A DNA stretch of 64,000 nt from the NCBI GenBank assembly GCA_963696635.1, contig CAVOKX010000014.1:256234-320233 (forward strand), given 5' to 3'. Under the pieces are notes generated by a model that saw only the letters and a program-made list of their open reading frames with translations, was not told where the DNA came from and ran no database searches. Shown piece after piece: positions 62,665 to 64,000 of the stretch (position 1 is the first letter of the stretch; the number at the start of each line of letters is the position of its first letter). The DNA is from an uncultured Acidobacteriota bacterium. GTDB lineage: Bacteria; Acidobacteriota; Terriglobia; Terriglobales; Acidobacteriaceae. A program made the translations under genes and the position numbers.

Positions 62665-63584
62665 TGAACGCCTTCCGAAGATGCGGATTGCGGATCGGCA
62701 GTCACTTCCAGGAAAATCTCCTCCAGCGAACGCCGTAGCGGATTGACGCTCACCACTTCGCCCCCCAAATTCCAGACCTTCTCTAACGCCGCGCGCTGGC
62801 TATGCGTAGGCACACAGAAGGAAACAACTCCGTCGCGGGCCACGGCCCCTTCGAAGTTTTTTACGGCGATAGCGCGAACTACAATTTCAGTCTGGTCGCC
62901 CGCTCGCAGGAGATCGGCAGTCCTGCCCAAACGGACCAACTTGCCCCGATGCAGCACCGCCACGCGATCACACACCAATTCCACTTCAGAAAGCAAATGG
63001 GAACTCAAGAAGATCGTTTTGCCCGCATTGCGCGCGTTGAGGAGCAGTTCACGAACCATGACTCGCGCCAACGGATCGAGGGCTGAGGTAGGTTCGTCTA
63101 GAATCAGCAATTCGGGATCGTTGACCATGGCCTGGGCCAGTCCTACGCGCTGCAGCATGCCCCGAGAAAACTTGCCCGCATTACGGTTCGCATGATCCTG
63201 CAGTCCCACGATTTTGAGAACTTCTCGTGCCCGGTTCGCAAGATGAGTTCCTCTCATCCCATTGAGCGCCCCGTAAAAGCGGACCAGTCGTTCGGCACGG
63301 CGGTGGTAAAGAGCCACACTTTCGGCGAGAAAACCCACACGGCGTCGCGTGCCGGGATGACCAAAACGCTCTCCGAGCAGACGCCCCGCGCCGCTGGTTG
63401 GCCGCATAAAGCCCATCGCCAAGTGAATCGCGGTGCTTTTGCCGGCCCCATTTGGTCCTAGGAAGCCGAAAATTTCCCCCGCCTCCACGCTCAAGCTGAA
63501 TCCGTCAAGGGCGCGCAGCAGACGCTTACTGGCAAAGCTGCGATACTCTTTGGTAACATTGTCGAACTCGAGCACGAAGCGCAT
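62661..63584 (-). CDS. ABC transporter ATP-binding protein
   Basis: 307 aa. Walker A 'GPNGAGKST', signature 'FSRGMLQRV', Walker B 'LLILDEPTSALD'. Confidence 0.85.
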   Translation of the reverse strand: MRFVLEFDNVTKEYRSFASKRLLRALDGFSLSVEAGEIFGFLGPNGAGKSTAIHLAMGFMRPTSGAGRLLGERFGHPGTRRRVGFLAESVALYHRRAERLVRFYGALNGMRGTHLANRAREVLKIVGLQDHANRNAGKFSRGMLQRVGLAQAMVNDPELLILDEPTSALDPLARVMVRELLLNARNAGKTIFLSSHLLSEVELVCDRVAVLHRGKLVRLGRTADLLRAGDQTEIVVRAIAVKNFEGAVARDGVVSFCVPTHSQRAALEKVWNLGGEVVSVNPLRRSLEEIFLEVTADPQSASSEGVQ

Positions 63585-63724
63585 TGCCGTTTATTCTAAA
63601 CGGCTTGCCCGACAAACGCTGGCCCATCGCACAAATCCGCAGTATCCAATGCAACTTCGATTTGACAACTGCACTGGCTCCCGGCATGATAGTCGCGCGT
63701 TAACACTAAACAGTGGAGGGCAGT

Positions 63725-63892
63725 ATGGTTAAGTTGATGGAAAGGCTTTTCCGCGAGGAACAGGGGCAGGATATCGCGGAATATGCGGTGATGCTGGCAG
63801 TGATTTTGGTCCTCGTGGTCGGAACCGTACGGTTGATCGGCGGCAGCTCGAACAACGTTTTCTCGTCGGTCGCGAGTTCGATCGGACAATAA
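63725..63892 (+). CDS. flp: Flp/Fap-family type IVb pilin
   Basis: 55 codons, below the ORF-track cutoff. GGAGGG lies 4 nt before the ATG. 'MVKLMERLFREEQGQDIAEYAVMLAVILVLVVGT' has the Flp 'G-x-x-x-x-EY' processing motif plus a hydrophobic helix. Confidence 0.7.
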   Translation: MVKLMERLFREEQGQDIAEYAVMLAVILVLVVGTVRLIGGSSNNVFSSVASSIGQ

Positions 63893-64000
63893 TCGCACAC
63901 GGAAAGCTAGAAACTGATCGCTTCACCGAGGAAGAGTACCGAGGACGAGTAAGGATCAGAAGCGCACGTGTTCTTCAGATTTGAGGCGGGCGCCTCCCCG

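Noticed and set aside
1-64000. Scan for CRISPR arrays, tRNA/rRNA genes, IS elements and integrases
   Set aside because: I recognised no regularly spaced direct repeats, no tRNA T-arm/acceptor patterns and no transposase or recombinase-like ORFs. The eye-scan is imperfect, and tRNAscan-SE, Infernal and ISfinder would be decisive.

Overview
This is a roughly 58% GC bacterial chromosome segment whose gene content and palindromic repeats look Acidobacteriota-like; I cannot verify the taxon. No rRNA, tRNA, CRISPR array, transposase or integrase was recognised. Left to right: a partial PIN toxin; the dnaG-rpoD operon (minus strand); a two-gene HipA-like kinase / DUF3037-like module; mutS2; hemB; a GNAT gene; a truncated VOC fragment abutting a superinfection-immunity-family gene; and a lipoate/2-oxoacid dehydrogenase cluster (lpdA, lipB, E1 alpha, E1 beta, E2) interrupted by hicAB and a c-type cytochrome. 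A phage-like element of about 24 kb follows (about 18.8-42.9 kb). After it come a secreted zinc metalloprotease, yjbQ, a DUF5995-like gene, thiS, a 12-gene nuo locus (A,C,D,E,F,G,H,J,K,L,M,N, with no nuoB or nuoI), an ABC-2 exporter pair and an Flp pilin. The phage-like element has an S24 repressor switch, two intrinsic terminators, a zinc-ribbon plus sigma-region-4-like pair, a dual-specificity phosphatase, two very large signal-peptide beta-helix/tail-fibre proteins, a complete head module, a minimal tail module and a holin-like gene. It has no recognisable integrase, replication, small terminase, tape-measure or endolysin genes. It also carries the same short palindromic repeats as the surrounding chromosome. 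Best candidates for something new: (1) this element as a domesticated, possibly GTA-like, particle system; (2) the kinase/DUF3037 pair with an SD-sequestering leader hairpin; (3) palindromic repeats inserted in frame in lipB and dnaG; (4) the nuo locus missing both small Fe-S subunits. All family assignments come from motifs read by eye and need HMM or structure searches.
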